Below are positions 25,438 through 38,321 of a stretch of 64,000 bases of DNA, in pieces; the first letter of the stretch is position 1; every line of letters starts with the position of its first letter. The DNA is taken from assembly GCF_006345805.1 (NCBI RefSeq), contig NC_042997.1:39680001-39744000 (forward strand). Reading direction: 5' to 3'. Origin of the DNA: Octopus sinensis (taxonomy: Eukaryota). The notes under the pieces were generated by a model that saw only the letters and a list, made by a program, of their open reading frames with translations, made no database searches and had not been told where the DNA came from. A program made the translations under genes and the position numbers.

Positions 25438-25604
25438 TATACTTTATTTAAAAGCAGCAGAAATATAATAAAATATAATAAGCTGTTACTCAGAGTTTCA
25501 CGTTCCCGTTTGTCGGACAGTTAACAAAAGTGTCCGACGAATGGGAATGTGAAACTCTGAGTAACAACTTTTGTTACATGTCTGCTGCTTTTAAAAAAAG
25601 TATA
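25438..25604. ncRNA. Palindromic mini-element with two opposed hammerhead-like motifs (CCGA core variant)
   Basis: Plus arm 25531-25566 ugu CCGACGA aug-ggaa-ugu GAA ACUC-u-GAGU A aca; minus arm 25484-25519 ugu CCGACAA acg-ggaa-cgu GAA ACUC-u-GAGU A aca. Confidence 0.6.
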
Positions 25605-25762
25605 TATATATATATTTAAAGAGCTAAAAAACCACTAGGTGGTCAGCCGTATGCTAGAATCAAACTACAAAGAAAAGAGTGTTCTCTAGAGGAAAATTCA
25701 GCGGACACCAGAACAAAATGCGGGCAAGACAGATGAAAATTATACAACGAAACCAGAATTAC

Positions 25763-25837
25763 TCACAGACCGGCGGTTTCGCCTATTAACAAATGAATCA
25801 CTTATGTAATCCATTGTCCGTAGGCTTGTCAGTGCGA
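25763..25837 (-). ncRNA. Type-I hammerhead ribozyme motif with G8A change
   Basis: ucgca CUGACAA gccua..(extended stem II)..uaggc GAA ACC-gcc-GGU C uguga; stems I-III pair, GUC cleavage triplet. Confidence 0.7.
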
Positions 25838-26261
25838 TCATTCCACAGGTAATGTAATTTGTAAAACTAACCACCAGTTTTCCGTATAAAAACAGATACG
25901 TGCTTAGTTCCATCGATTACATTGGGGTTAATTTCAAATGTCTTAGTTCTGGCGCGCTAAAATTCCGGAAACAAAATCTGCAGCAAATAATTTACTGCAT
26001 TTAATGCTGATACACATACATACATTCATGCACACACACATGTATGAATATACTACATTGATGCTTTCTTTAACCCATGTTGCCAATGTAACATTGGTGG
26101 CTTCTTCTTTATCTCTTGTTTTCCAAATGTTCTGAAAGCATCTGTAGTAGTCTCCTTGTATTGCTGATGAAATATTACTGTTTTCTGGGTAGGAGTAAGA
26201 TACTTTCCAGTTCTGCATGCATCCAACAAATATGCTTACTGCATAATTAGTGAAGGCATCA

Positions 26262-26363
26262 ATCATCATCATCATCATCATCACCATCATCATCATCATC
26301 GTCATCATCATCGTCATCATCATCATCATCACCACCACCACCACCACCACCACCACCACCACC

Positions 26364-26415
<52 letters not shown>

Positions 26416-26495
26416 GTTAATGTCCATTGTCCATGCTGGCATGGGTTGGACGGTTTGATCAGGGCTGGTAAGCTGAGGGGCTGCACCAGACTCCA
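26262..26495 (-). mobile_element. RTE extreme 3' end with expanded (GAT/GGT)n tail
   Basis: (CAT)n(CAC)n then ccatgctggcatgggttggacgg. Confidence 0.7.
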
Positions 26496-26794
26496 AGTAT
26501 AAAATAATTCCTTTTCATGACAATTGCTTCTTTTGGGTGGGGAAAGAATTATAGATTTTTATGCGTAAGTTGATAGCCTCAACTCTTGCCCAAGGGACTA
26601 CACATAAAACATGTCTGGAGAATTTTCTTTTATTTCTCTCCAAGCAAAGATTAGCAATATATTTTCATGTCCATTTAAAGTTTCATTCTGAAATGTTTAA
26701 AAACTTTAGTTTAACTACTCCTAGATTATCTTAAAAGTTTTCAAATACAGGCCATGAAGTGCTTAAACATTCATTAATATATCTGTGCGTGAAG

Positions 26795-27185
26795 TTGGCG
26801 AGCTGGCAGAAACGTTAGCACGCCGGGCGAAATGCGTAGCCGTATTTCATCTGTCGCTACGTTCTGTGTTCAAATTCCGCCGAGGTCGACTTTGCCTTTC
26901 ATCCTTTTGGGGTCGATTAAATAAGTACCAGTTATGCACTGGGGTTGATATAATCGACTTAATCCGTTTGTCTGTCCTTGTTTGTCCCCTCTGTGTTTAG
27001 CCCCTTGTGGGTAGTAAAGAAATAGGTATTTCATCTGTCATTGTGTTCTGAGCTCAAACTCTGCCGAGGTCGACTTTGCCTTTCATCGTTTTGGGGGTCA
27101 ATAAATTAAGCATTAGTTGTGTACTGGGCTCGATTTAATCGACTGGCCCCCTCTCTCAAAATTTCGGGTCTTGTGCCTGGAGTAG
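26795..27185 (+). mobile_element. SINE family C (two tandem or nested copies)
   Basis: ggcgagctggcagaaacgttagc head; two gtcgactttgcctttcatc cores. Confidence 0.8.
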
Positions 27186-27334
27186 AAAAGAATATATATG
27201 TGTGTGAATGTGTGTGTGTGTGTGTGTGTATGTGTGTGTGTGTGTGCATGCATGTGTGTGTAAGTGTGTGCACATGTGTGTATGTGCACCTAGACAAATT
27301 CCCCTAAGGAATACTTGATAAAGCATCTTACTTG

Positions 27335-27369
<35 letters not shown>

Positions 27370-27479
27370 TCACATGCTCTTACACAAGCACACGCCCAGA
27401 CACATAAAATACAGAAGAAGATAGAAAAAGTTTTAATATCGCCCATGAGACTCAGTAAATATATGATTGTGCATTGTGC

Positions 27480-27524
<45 letters not shown>

Positions 27525-28994
27525 TGTGTGCATGCATGTGGGTGTGTGTGAATGTGTATGTGTGAGTGTGTGTGAGTGCGTGTGTATAGGTGCATGTAAG
27601 TGTGTGTGCGTGTGCGTGTGAGTGTGTGTGTATGTGTGTGCGCGTGAGTGAGAGTGTGTGTGTGAGAGTGTATGTATGTGTGTGTGGGTGTGGGTGCATG
27701 TGAGTGTGTGTGTGCGTGTGGGTGTGTACATGCGTGTGTGTGTGTTTTCTTATATACGTTAGCAGTTTGGCATATTCTTCTTGTTAGCAAAATCCCGATA
27801 AAAGTGCAGTCGTGTATATTTTATTTGAATAAGTTCATAACAAAAACAAAAGTAAAAAAATAACAAGCCTGGCATTGTGCCATAGACATTTATATACATT
27901 TGTGTGTATGTGTGTGGAAATGCATGAATGTGTGTGTTTGTATAGTGCGCATTATATATTTATACATGTGTGAGAAATGGCATCAGAGACTAAGGTCATC
28001 TTCAGCTAAATACATATTCCCTCAAACTTCAAGCAATTTAAGAGTTTATAACCAATCACAACATAAGTAATGTCAAAATTTGGTAGAAAGCCAGGAAAAA
28101 GAATCTTTTCATGACTCAAAAGATAACAATTTGTTGTTTGTCCAGTTTTCTTTTTTTTTTTTCGGTATTTTAGATAACTTTTGATGATTCAAAGCTGCGT
28201 TGATGAAAAATTGCAACCATCTTTTGTTTTTCATTTTTGTGCGCAGTATAATTTGATAAAATGTAACTGCAATAAAACAATCAGAAGTTTCATATATTTT
28301 AAATTTGATTGTATATTGATTGGCTTGAATTATTATTTAATCATTTTAGTTTATTTTCTTTTATATAGGTGCAAGCATAACTCTATGGTTAAGAAGGTCA
28401 TTCTTGACCACATGGTTTTGAATACAGTTCTACTACTTGGTATTTTAGGGAAATGTCTTCTACTATAGCCCTTGGCACGGCCGGCTCAATGTACCAGCGA
28501 CTCGGGTTGTTGTTCAAGGTACCATGTGCTAGTGGGTGCCAGGGAGGGCATGACAAAGACAAGGATATTTCCACAACTGTCAGCTTGTACATGCCAAAGT
28601 TCAGCACCCTAGGGCTGACCCTGGCCCTTGGTCAACTAAACCTGCATGAATGTCTTTGGCTGAGGGAAACTAAAAGATTCTTGACCATATGGTTTTGAAT
28701 ACAGTTCCACTACTTGGTATTTTAGGCAAATGTCTTCTACTATAGCCCTTGGCAGAGCCACTGGTCATGGGGAAAAATTTCCTTGCTTGAAAGCAAATGA
28801 GTGTTAGTGATAGGGAAGGAATCAGATAGTAGAAAAATCTGCTTCGGTAAATTTTATTTGACCTATGAATACATTAGATGATGATGATTGAATGAGATAA
28901 AGTAGACTCCAGGTATAGTAAAAGAAGGAAATAACAACTTCTTGGCCACATTACTTTCTAGTTCATACTGAATATCTTTCTTGCATGTATTCAC

Positions 28995-29027
<33 letters not shown>

Positions 29028-29064
29028 TGTTATGTATGTATGTATGTATGTATATATGTATGTA

Positions 29065-29095
<31 letters not shown>

Positions 29096-29209
29096 ATGTG
29101 TGTGTGTGTGTATGTATGTATGTGTGTATGTATGTATGTATGTATGTGTGTGTATGTATATATATATTGTGTATATATATATATATATATATTGTTGCAT
29201 TTTGGGATG

Positions 29210-29390
29210 GTCATTTTTTTTTGCTAAATTAACACACACTAAATTTTTTTTTCTTCACTCGTTAATTACTCTTCTTATTTTATTACTTTAACTCATGTCC
29301 ATGAGTTAAAATAATAAAATAAGAACAGTAATAAATGAGTGAAGAAAAGTGTATATAGTGTGTGTGTTTATTTGGCAAAAAAAAAATGAC
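29210..29390. repeat. ~180-bp imperfect palindrome (second copy 30703-30885)
   Basis: Centre tttaactcatg-tc-catgagttaaa; ends gtcattttt / aaaaatgac. Confidence 0.85.
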
Positions 29391-30112
29391 TCTGTGTGGT
29401 AAGTAGCTTGCTTATCATCCACAAGGTTCCAGGCTCAGTCTCACCATGTGGCACCTTAGGCAAGTGTCTTCTGCTATAGCCTTGGGCTGACCAAAGCCTT
29501 GTGGGTGGATTTGGTAGACAGAAACTGAAAGAAGCCTGTCATATACATAAATACATACATACATACATACATACATACATACATACATCATACATACATA
29601 CATATATATATATATACACATATATATGTGTGTGTGTGTTACTTACATTATTAGTAGTAGAATAACCAACTCCAAAATTATTACAAGAAAAATGTTATTA
29701 TACTTTTTATTATTTCTAATGAATACTTCAATTATAGTTAAAATCTCTTTAATAATGTTTGTTTTAACATGAGCTCCATAAGGAATAATTATAATCAGTA
29801 TAAGTACATTTATTCTATTATTATTTTTTATTATTTATTATCTTAAACCTGATGAGTGACTATATTTTTAAATAGAATTAATTTTGGTTCGATTTAATTT
29901 TGAATTGAATTGATTTTATTATTATTATCCATTTGAAAATATAGCCTTAAAACGTGCTTAGTCTTTTTACTACTATTTTCTATTTATTGTACATAATGAT
30001 TTAAAATAAGGTTGTTTTTTTATACTATATGTTTTCTATATGGTGTGAATAACATCTTCTCTATTGAATTAATAGTGGTTTTTTTCTTTAAATTATAAAT
30101 ATAAATATAAAC

Positions 30113-30591
30113 ATTGGGACACAAAACTCTACTTGTGAAGACCTGTTGAGGCAAGTGAGGATCAGAATCAAAATCGATCAATGGAAATTGCAGATGTGTT
30201 ACCAGTGCCGGTGGCATGTAAGAGAACCTTCCGTTTCGCGACCGTTGCCAGCGCCGCCCCGACTGGCCTCGTGCCGGTGGAACGTAAAAAGCACCATCCA
30301 TTCGTGTCCATTGCCAGCCTCGCCTGGCCCTCGTGCCGGTGGCACATAAAAAGCACCATCCGTTCGTGGCCGTTTGCCAGCTCTGTCTGGCACCTGTGCG
30401 GGTGGCACGTAAAAAGCACCCACTACACTCACGGAGTGGTTGGCGTTAGGAAGGGCATCCAGCCGTAGAAACACTGCCAGATTTGACTGGGCCTGATGAA
30501 GCCTTCTGGCTTCACAGACCCCAGTAGAACCATCCAACCCATGCTAGCATGGAAAACAGACGCTAAACGATGATGATGATGATGATGATGA
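30113..30591 (+). mobile_element. RTE 3' UTR (also at 31608-32086 and 32683-33161)
   Basis: Family match with (GAT)n tail. Confidence 0.9.
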
Positions 30592-31070
30592 TATATATAT
30601 ATATATTTATATATACATATATATACATATATATAAATACATATATATACACACACATATATATATATATATATTATATATATATTGTTGCATTTTGGGA
30701 TGGTCATTTTTTTTTGCTAAATTAACACACACACTAAATTTTTTTTTCTTCACTCGTTAATTACTCTTCTTATTTTATTACTTTAACTCATGTCCATGAG
30801 TTAAAATAATAAAATAAGAACAGTAATAAATGAGTGAAGAAAAGTGTATATAGTGTGTGTGTTTATTTGGCAAAAAAAAAATGACTCTGTGTGGTAAGTA
30901 GCTTGCTTATCATCCACAAGGTTCCAGGCTCAGTCTCACCATGTGGCACCTTAGGCAAGTGTCTTCTGCTATAGCCTTGGGCTGACCAAAGCCTTGTGGG
31001 TGGATTTGGTAGACAGAAACTGAAAGAAGCCTGTCATATACATAAATACATACATACATACATACATACA

Positions 31071-31106
<36 letters not shown>

Positions 31107-32145
31107 TATACACACATATATATGTGTGTGTGTGTTACTTACATTATTAGTAGTAGAATAACCAACTCCAAAATTATTACAAGAAAAAATGTTATTATAC
31201 TTTTTATTATTTCTAATGAATACTTCAATTATAGTTAAAATCTCTTTAATAATGTTTGTTTTAACATGAGCTCCATAAGGAATAATTATAATCAGTATAA
31301 GTACATTTATTCTATTATTATTTTTTATTATTTATTATCTTAAACCTGATGAGTGACTATATTTTTAAATAGAATTAATTTTGGTTCGATTTAATTTTGA
31401 ATTGAATTGATTTTATTATTATTATCCATTTGAAAATATAGCCTTAAAACGTGCTTAGTCTTTTTACTACTATTTTCTATTTATTGTACATAATGATTTA
31501 AAATAAGGTTGTTTTTTTATACTATATGTTTTCTATATGGTGTGAATAACATCTTCTCTATTGAATTAATAGTGGTTTTTCTTTAAATTATAAATATAAA
31601 TATAAACATTGGGACACAAAACTCTACTTGTGAAGACCTGTTGAGGCAAGTGAGGATCAGAATCAAAATCGATCAATGGAAATTGCAGATGTGTTACCAG
31701 TGCCGGTGGCATGTAAGAGAACCTTCCGTTTCGCGACCGTTGCCAGCGCCGCCCCGACTGGCCTCGTGCCGGTGGAACGTAAAAAGCACCATCCATTCGT
31801 GTCCATTGCCAGCCTCGCCTGGCCCTCGTGCCGGTGGCACATAAAAAGCACCATCCGTTCGTGGCCGTTTGCCAGCTCTGTCTGGCACCTGTGCGGGTGG
31901 CACGTAAAAAGCACCCACTACACTCACGGAGTGGTTGGCGTTAGGAAGGGCATCCAGCCGTAGAAACACTGCCAGATTTGACTGGGCCTGATGAAGCCTT
32001 CTGGCTTCACAGACCCCAGTAGAACCATCCAACCCATGCTAGCATGGAAAACAGACGCTAAACGATGATGATGATGATGATGATGATATATATATATATA
32101 TTTATATATACATATATATACATATATATAAATACATATATATAT

Positions 32146-32196
<51 letters not shown>

Positions 32197-33218
32197 TATG
32201 TGTGTGTGTGTTACTTACATTATTAGTAGTAGAATAACCAACTCCAAAATTATTACAAGAAAAATGTTATTATACTTTTTATTATTTCTAATGAATACTT
32301 CAATTATAGTTAAAATCTCTTTAATAATGTTTGTTTTAACATGAGCTCCATAAGGAATAATTATAATCAGTATAAGTACATTTATTCTATTATTATTTTT
32401 TATTATTTATTATCTTAAACCTGATGAGTGACTATATTTTTAAATAGAATTAATTTTGGTTCGATTTAATTTTGAATTGAATTGATTTTATTATTATTAT
32501 CCATTTGAAAATATAGCCTTAAAACGTGCTTAGTCTTTTTACTACTATTTTCTATTTATTGTACATAATGATTTAAAATAAGGTTGTTTTTTTATACTAT
32601 ATGTTTTCTATATGGTGTGAATAACATCTTCTCTATTGAATTAATAGTGGTTTTTCTTTAAATTATAAATATAAATATAAACATTGGGACACAAAACTCT
32701 ACTTGTGAAGACCTGTTGAGGCAAGTGAGGATCAGAATCAAAATCGATCAATGGAAATTGCAGATGTGTTACCAGTGCCGGTGGCATGTAAGAGAACCTT
32801 CCGTTTCGCGACCGTTGCCAGCGCCGCCCCGACTGGCCTCGTGCCGGTGGAACGTAAAAAGCACCATCCATTCGTGTCCATTGCCAGCCTCGCCTGGCCC
32901 TCGTGCCGGTGGCACATAAAAAGCACCATCCGTTCGTGGCCGTTTGCCAGCTCTGTCTGGCACCTGTGCGGGTGGCACGTAAAAAGCACCCACTACACTC
33001 ACGGAGTGGTTGGCGTTAGGAAGGGCATCCAGCCGTAGAAACACTGCCAGATTTGACTGGGCCTGATGAAGCCTTCTGGCTTCACAGACCCCAGTAGAAC
33101 CATCCAACCCATGCTAGCATGGAAAACAGACGCTAAACGATGATGATGATGATGATGATGATATATATATATATATTTATATATACATATATATACATAT
33201 ATATAAATACATATATAT

Positions 33219-33270
<52 letters not shown>

Positions 33271-33489
33271 ATATATACAAAGTATGGGGGGTTTAGTTCA
33301 CAGGTGATCTAAACAATTAGGTACGCTAGGTAAGTCCTGTAATGGATTACTAGGGTTCCAAGGTTATAGTCGAGATGGTAGTTAGGGAGCCATTGCAGAT
33401 TTCTGATGCAGCGGATGTATAATTGTTAAAGAGGACAACAAATGTTAAAGTAAGGCAAACATCTCAAGTCATATGCATTATTATTATTG

Positions 33490-34880
33490 GAAAACATTCA
33501 AAGTCTTACAGCTGTTTCTGGGATATTCCAGAGTATGGATATTCCATCATCAGAGACAAATAGGGAAAAATAGGGAAAATGAGAAGGATGTATATTAATG
33601 AAAGGACAACATAGAAGAAGGGAGTAAAGGAGTAAGGAGATGAAGAGAGAAAAGAAAAATGAAGCATAAAAATTCATAGTTCAACTTTCCAATGTTGCAG
33701 AAACAAGGACAGGTGCAATCTTGTGTAGATCCATGTGGGTTAAAATCCTGATATTGTAAACATCCAGAGAAAGACGATGCGAACATATCAACGTTCAATA
33801 ACAGAATGATAGCAGGGTGGGGTGGGGGTGGCTATTAAGTGGTAAAAGGAAAGGAAAGTAAATAAACAGAGGGGTTAAAGATTGGCTTTAGGATAAAGTA
33901 AGGTATATAAACATACAGTGTCAAAGAATATATTGTGTACAAGGGTAGCCGAGAAGATAAGAGGGAGGGGGAGGAGGTAGAGGAAGATAGCATAGAAAAA
34001 TAAACAAAATAGAGCAAAATGAAATTAATTTAAAGAGACTAGTAGTAGGCATCGTTGGTATTCTTATAGTCTATAGGTATTAGGGAGGAAGTCTAGTAGT
34101 AAATACTTGTGTCCATTCTGGCTAAGGTCATTGGCTGGAGAGTTATTTTTTGTTATTTTTAGCAATGGGGTTATGGGTGTGTAGGTAGTTGAGAATGAAG
34201 GAGTTAGTTGAAGGTTAAATTATTTAGGAGTGGGAGTTAGAATTAGATATTATGGGATTTATTGGGTTATGGTTTAAAAATAAAGATGAATTAAAGGATT
34301 AATATTTATCACATAAAGTGATGAGGTAAGGTAGATAGGAGAGATAAAGTAGAGAGATAGAAGCGATATAGAGGGGTATGTGTCAATGATCATAGGGGTT
34401 TGTATGTGGGTACTATTCGGGGTGGTGGTGAACTTACATTTAGATTTATGAAAGAATTTAAAAGTGTTGAAGAATCTGTGCTTACATGTAGTGAAGGCTT
34501 CGTTGTGGTTATCAAGCAATTGTGGTGAGTTATGGGTTAAAATTTTGAGGGCTTCTTTTAAGCAGAGTCCAAAAATGGAGTGTTGGCCCTGATATGGGAT
34601 ACCTGAGTCTATTATAGCCAAAGAAAATTTATATTGTATTTTTCTATTAATTAGATGGTGTATGTGGCTGGCTAGTGATGTGGAATTGCTATTCTCTTTA
34701 TATTTAAACGAGTTTAAATGTGCATAATATCTTTGTTTTTAAAATTTGTGGTAGATCCAATGTGGTAGCTATAGGAGTCACTTACTATGTTGTGAATGGT
34801 GCATTCGTATATGATGTTGAATCTTCTGCAATGGCATTGCAGTGGGCAGTCTGTCCTGGATCTGAAGTTGCAGTTATCAC
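33490..34880 (-). mobile_element. Penelope-like element 3' fragment (decayed GIY-YIG endonuclease plus 3' region)
   Basis: NCNFRSRTDCPLQCHCRRFNIIYECTI..YHIGSTTNFKN (34870-34730) and GIPY..LCLKEALKIL..LLDNHNEAFTTCKH (34620-34450); ends in a hammerhead. Confidence 0.8.
33503..33557 (-). ncRNA. Complete minimal type-I hammerhead ribozyme
   Basis: gucu CUGAUGA uggaauauccauacucuggaauauccca GAA AC-agcu-GU A agac; canonical core, 4-bp stem I, long stem II, palindromic stem III, GUA site. Confidence 0.85.
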
Positions 34881-34976
34881 TTCTATGATGGTTAAATATA
34901 TATATACACACACATACACTCATAGTTATATATCTATATCTCACACATATGTATGTATGTATCTATCTATATGTAT

Positions 34977-36262
34977 CATCATCATCATTTAATGTCCGTT
35001 GTCTATGCTGGCATGGGTTGGACAGTCTGACCGGGGCTAGCAAGCTGGGAGGCTGCACCAGACTCCAATTTGATTTGGCATGGTTTCTGCAGCCCAATGC
35101 CTTTCTTAACACCAACCACACCAAGAGTGTAATGGGTGCTTATACATGCCACCAGCATTGGTATCTGCCATGATTGCAATTTTGCTCTGCTTGATGGATC
35201 TTCTTCTCAAGCATGACATAATGCCAAACGTCTTGGTCACTGCCTCCATGAAGCCCAACATTTGAAAGGAGCTCAGTCACTTTGCTTCTGTAAGGCCCAT
35301 CGCTCAAAAGGTGCATTTTATGTGCCACTGGCATGGGTGCTAGTTACATGACACTACAATTTAACTTGGCTTGAGGGTTCTTCTGAAGCACAACATATTG
35401 CCAAAGGTCTCAGTTACTAGTGATTGCCTCTGTAAGGTCCACAGTTCAAAGATTATGCTTCAATACCTTGTCCCACATTTTCCTAGGTCTACCTCTACCA
35501 CAGGTTCCCACCATAGTCAGAGATCAGCACTTCTTTACGCAGCTAAGCTCATCTATATGCATCACATAACCATACCAGTGCAGTTGTCGCTCTTGCACAC
35601 CACGTCTGATGCCTCTTATGCCTAACTTTTCTCTCAAGATGCTTACACTCTGTTGATCATTTACACTGACACTGCACACCCACTGAAGCATACTGGCTCA
35701 ATTTGTTTCAAGCCTATGCAAGTTCTCTGCTGTCACAGCCCATGTTTCACTGCCATGTAGCATGACTGTCTGCACACAGGTATCATACAGTCTGCCTTTC
35801 ACTCTGAGGGAGTGACCCTTTGTTGCTGGCAGAGGTAGGAGCTCTCTGAACTTTGCTCAGTTTAACCTTATTCTCACAGCTATACTCTTGGAGCGTCCAC
35901 CTCCACTACTAACTCAGTCACCTAGGTAATAGAAGCTATCTACTACCTCTAGCTTACCTACCTGGCAGTTGATGGAGTCTATTTTCTGTAAATTTTCGGT
36001 GTTTATTGTACCTGTGCAACTTCCACATACAAATGCTATTTTCATTATTAACTTGCCTCTGATATTGCTGCACTTTTTATGTGTCCAAAACTTACACTGG
36101 GTGCATCACATGGAGTTTCTACCTACACCTTTTCTACAGATTGAGCAGGGCCATCTACCTGAAGGGATTTGTGATTTGTCTGCCTTCCTACTTACTAAGA
36201 CTTCAGTTTTTGCTAGGTTAACTCTAGGGCTCTTTGATTCTAGACCTTGCGTCCATACCTGG
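34977..36262 (-). mobile_element. Decayed RTE (BovB-like) LINE: RT C-terminus plus 3' UTR
   Basis: Minus translation AKFRELLPLPATKGHSLRVKGRLYDTCVQTVMLHGSETWAVTAENLHRLE; (GAT)n tail. Confidence 0.85.
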
Positions 36263-36833
36263 AACTTCTTGTCTTTGACTCTGGGCTATAGTAAGAGGCT
36301 TACCCAATGTGTCACACACTGGGGCTGAACTCAAAACCATGTGGTTGCAAAATGTGTTTATTAACCACACAGCCATGCCTATGCTTATGTTAAAAATATT
36401 TAGAACCAATATGAAACAGAGAATGCTAATGTTCTGGAGAAAATACTTGACAGAATACCAGCTTCAATAAATGAAATTAAGAACCAATAAAGATGAAATA
36501 AAATGAGGGGGAAGAGACTGAATATCTAATTCATTATCTTTTTAACAATTGGATTTTTTATGGCAATAAATTTTACTATTCTCTATAGATATATATACTC
36601 TCTTCCAGAACAAGAAATAATATTATCAACTTAAAATACTTTAGAATTGAAGAAATGCTAGACTTTTGATATGCATCCAAGATAGATATCCAATGAGTAG
36701 TTTATTCCTAGCAGACATGGAGTTTCTAACTTGTGTATAAATACACGGAAGTAATTCCTGATGGAATCAGAAGCAGATGTTATGGATAAGCAGAGATAAT
36801 AATCATAGAAGGTAGCCAAGTGTATGTGTTTAC

Positions 36834-36907
<74 letters not shown>

Positions 36908-37412
36908 GTATATATATATATCTATACATGCGTGTGTATATATAACATGAAGAATTAATCGTTTATTTCAAGCAGTTGAAAGGAGTTATAGTGTAGACAG
37001 ATAGAGAGAGAAAGAGAGAAGAGGAGAAAAAAGAAAGGAAGAGAGAGAGAGAGAGGGAGAGAGAAAGAGTGGAAAGGAGGGAGAGAGGGGGGGAGCAAGT
37101 GAGTGAGTAAGAGAGAGAAATAGAAAAGGGAAGAGAAGGTGAGACGGGGGGGAAGTGGGCACTTTCTATTTCAAGAAATTTGCTGGCATCGCTTTCGGCA
37201 ATTCAGCCAATTCTTATTTTAAAAAAAAATCTTTATTATTTTTCTTTTTTATACATGAAGAATTCTACACACTTGATACACCTATGCTCGTGAGTTCATA
37301 TCATAACATATTTTTCTATTCACTTCTTTTCACTTAATTGTATATAAATTTCTACTCTAAAATCCATTAAGAGTATATAAATGGTCAGTTAAAGGAGTTA
37401 GAATTATTTTAT

Positions 37413-37827
37413 ACTCTTTTACTCTTTTACTCTTTCACTTGTTTCAGTCATTTGACTGCGGCCATGCTGGAGCACCGCCTTTAATCGAGCAACTCGACCC
37501 CGGGACTTATTCTTTTGTAAGCCCAGTACTTATTCTATCGGTCTCTTTTGCCGAACCGCTAAGTGACGGGGACGTAAACACACCAGCATCGGTTGTCAAG
37601 CAATGATAGGGGGACAAACACACTCACACAAACACATACACGCATATATATATATACATATATACGACGGGCTTCTTTCAGTTTCCATCTACCAAATCCA
37701 CTCACAAGGCTTTGGTCGGCCTGAGGCTATAGTAGAAGACACTTGTCCAAGGTGCCACGCAGTGGGACTGAACCCAGAACCATGTGGTTGGTAAACAAGC
37801 TACTTACCACACAGCCACTCCTGCGCC
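37413..37827 (-). mobile_element. SINE family A, full length
   Basis: Family match. Confidence 0.9.
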
Positions 37828-37854
37828 TATGTTATTAATAGTTTCCAGTTTCTT

Positions 37855-38280
37855 TAGCATGCCAAGCAAAATGCTAAGCAGTATTTTGTCTGTCTTTTTG
37901 TTCTGAATTCAAATTCTGCTGAGGTTGACTTTGTCTTTCATCCTTTCGGTTTCGATAAAATAAGTACCAGTTGAACATTGGGGGCCAATGTAATTTACTT
38001 ATACTCTTCTCTGAAATTGCAGGCCTTGTGCCAAAATCTGAAAGCAATATTTTTCAATTTCTTGAATAATAATTGGTGAGCTGGTTGAATCGTTAGTGAG
38101 TCAGACAAAATGCTTAGTGGAATTTCTTCTACTCTGGGCTCAAATTCTGCTGAAGTCGACTTTGCCTTTCATCCATTTTGGGGTTGATAAAATAAGTACC
38201 GATTGAACACTGAAGTCAATGCAATCATCTTACCCACTCCGTCAAAATTGCTTGTCTTGTGCCAAAATTTGATACCGATA
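37855..38280 (+). mobile_element. Two tandem SINE family C copies
   Basis: gactttg(c/t)ctttcatcc..gataaaataagtacc core twice. Confidence 0.75.
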
Positions 38281-38321
38281 TTTTTCAATTTCTTGTGGCA
38301 AGGATGGTACAAAGGCTAGAC

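Larger units (their letters stand above)
29191..33270 (+). repeat. Near-identical tandem triplication (periods ~1495 and ~1075 bp)
   Basis: Identical ORF translations at 30146/31641/32716 and 30181/31676/32751; junctions lie in (TA)n. Confidence 0.95.

Noticed and set aside
25943-26260. Non-repetitive part of a 156-aa minus-strand ORF
   Set aside because: No recognisable domain and no convincing splice sites
30200-30420. Regularly spaced gtggcacgtaaaaagcacc repeats resembling a CRISPR array
   Set aside because: Spacers are similar to each other, the array is part of an RTE 3' UTR, context is eukaryotic and there are no cas genes
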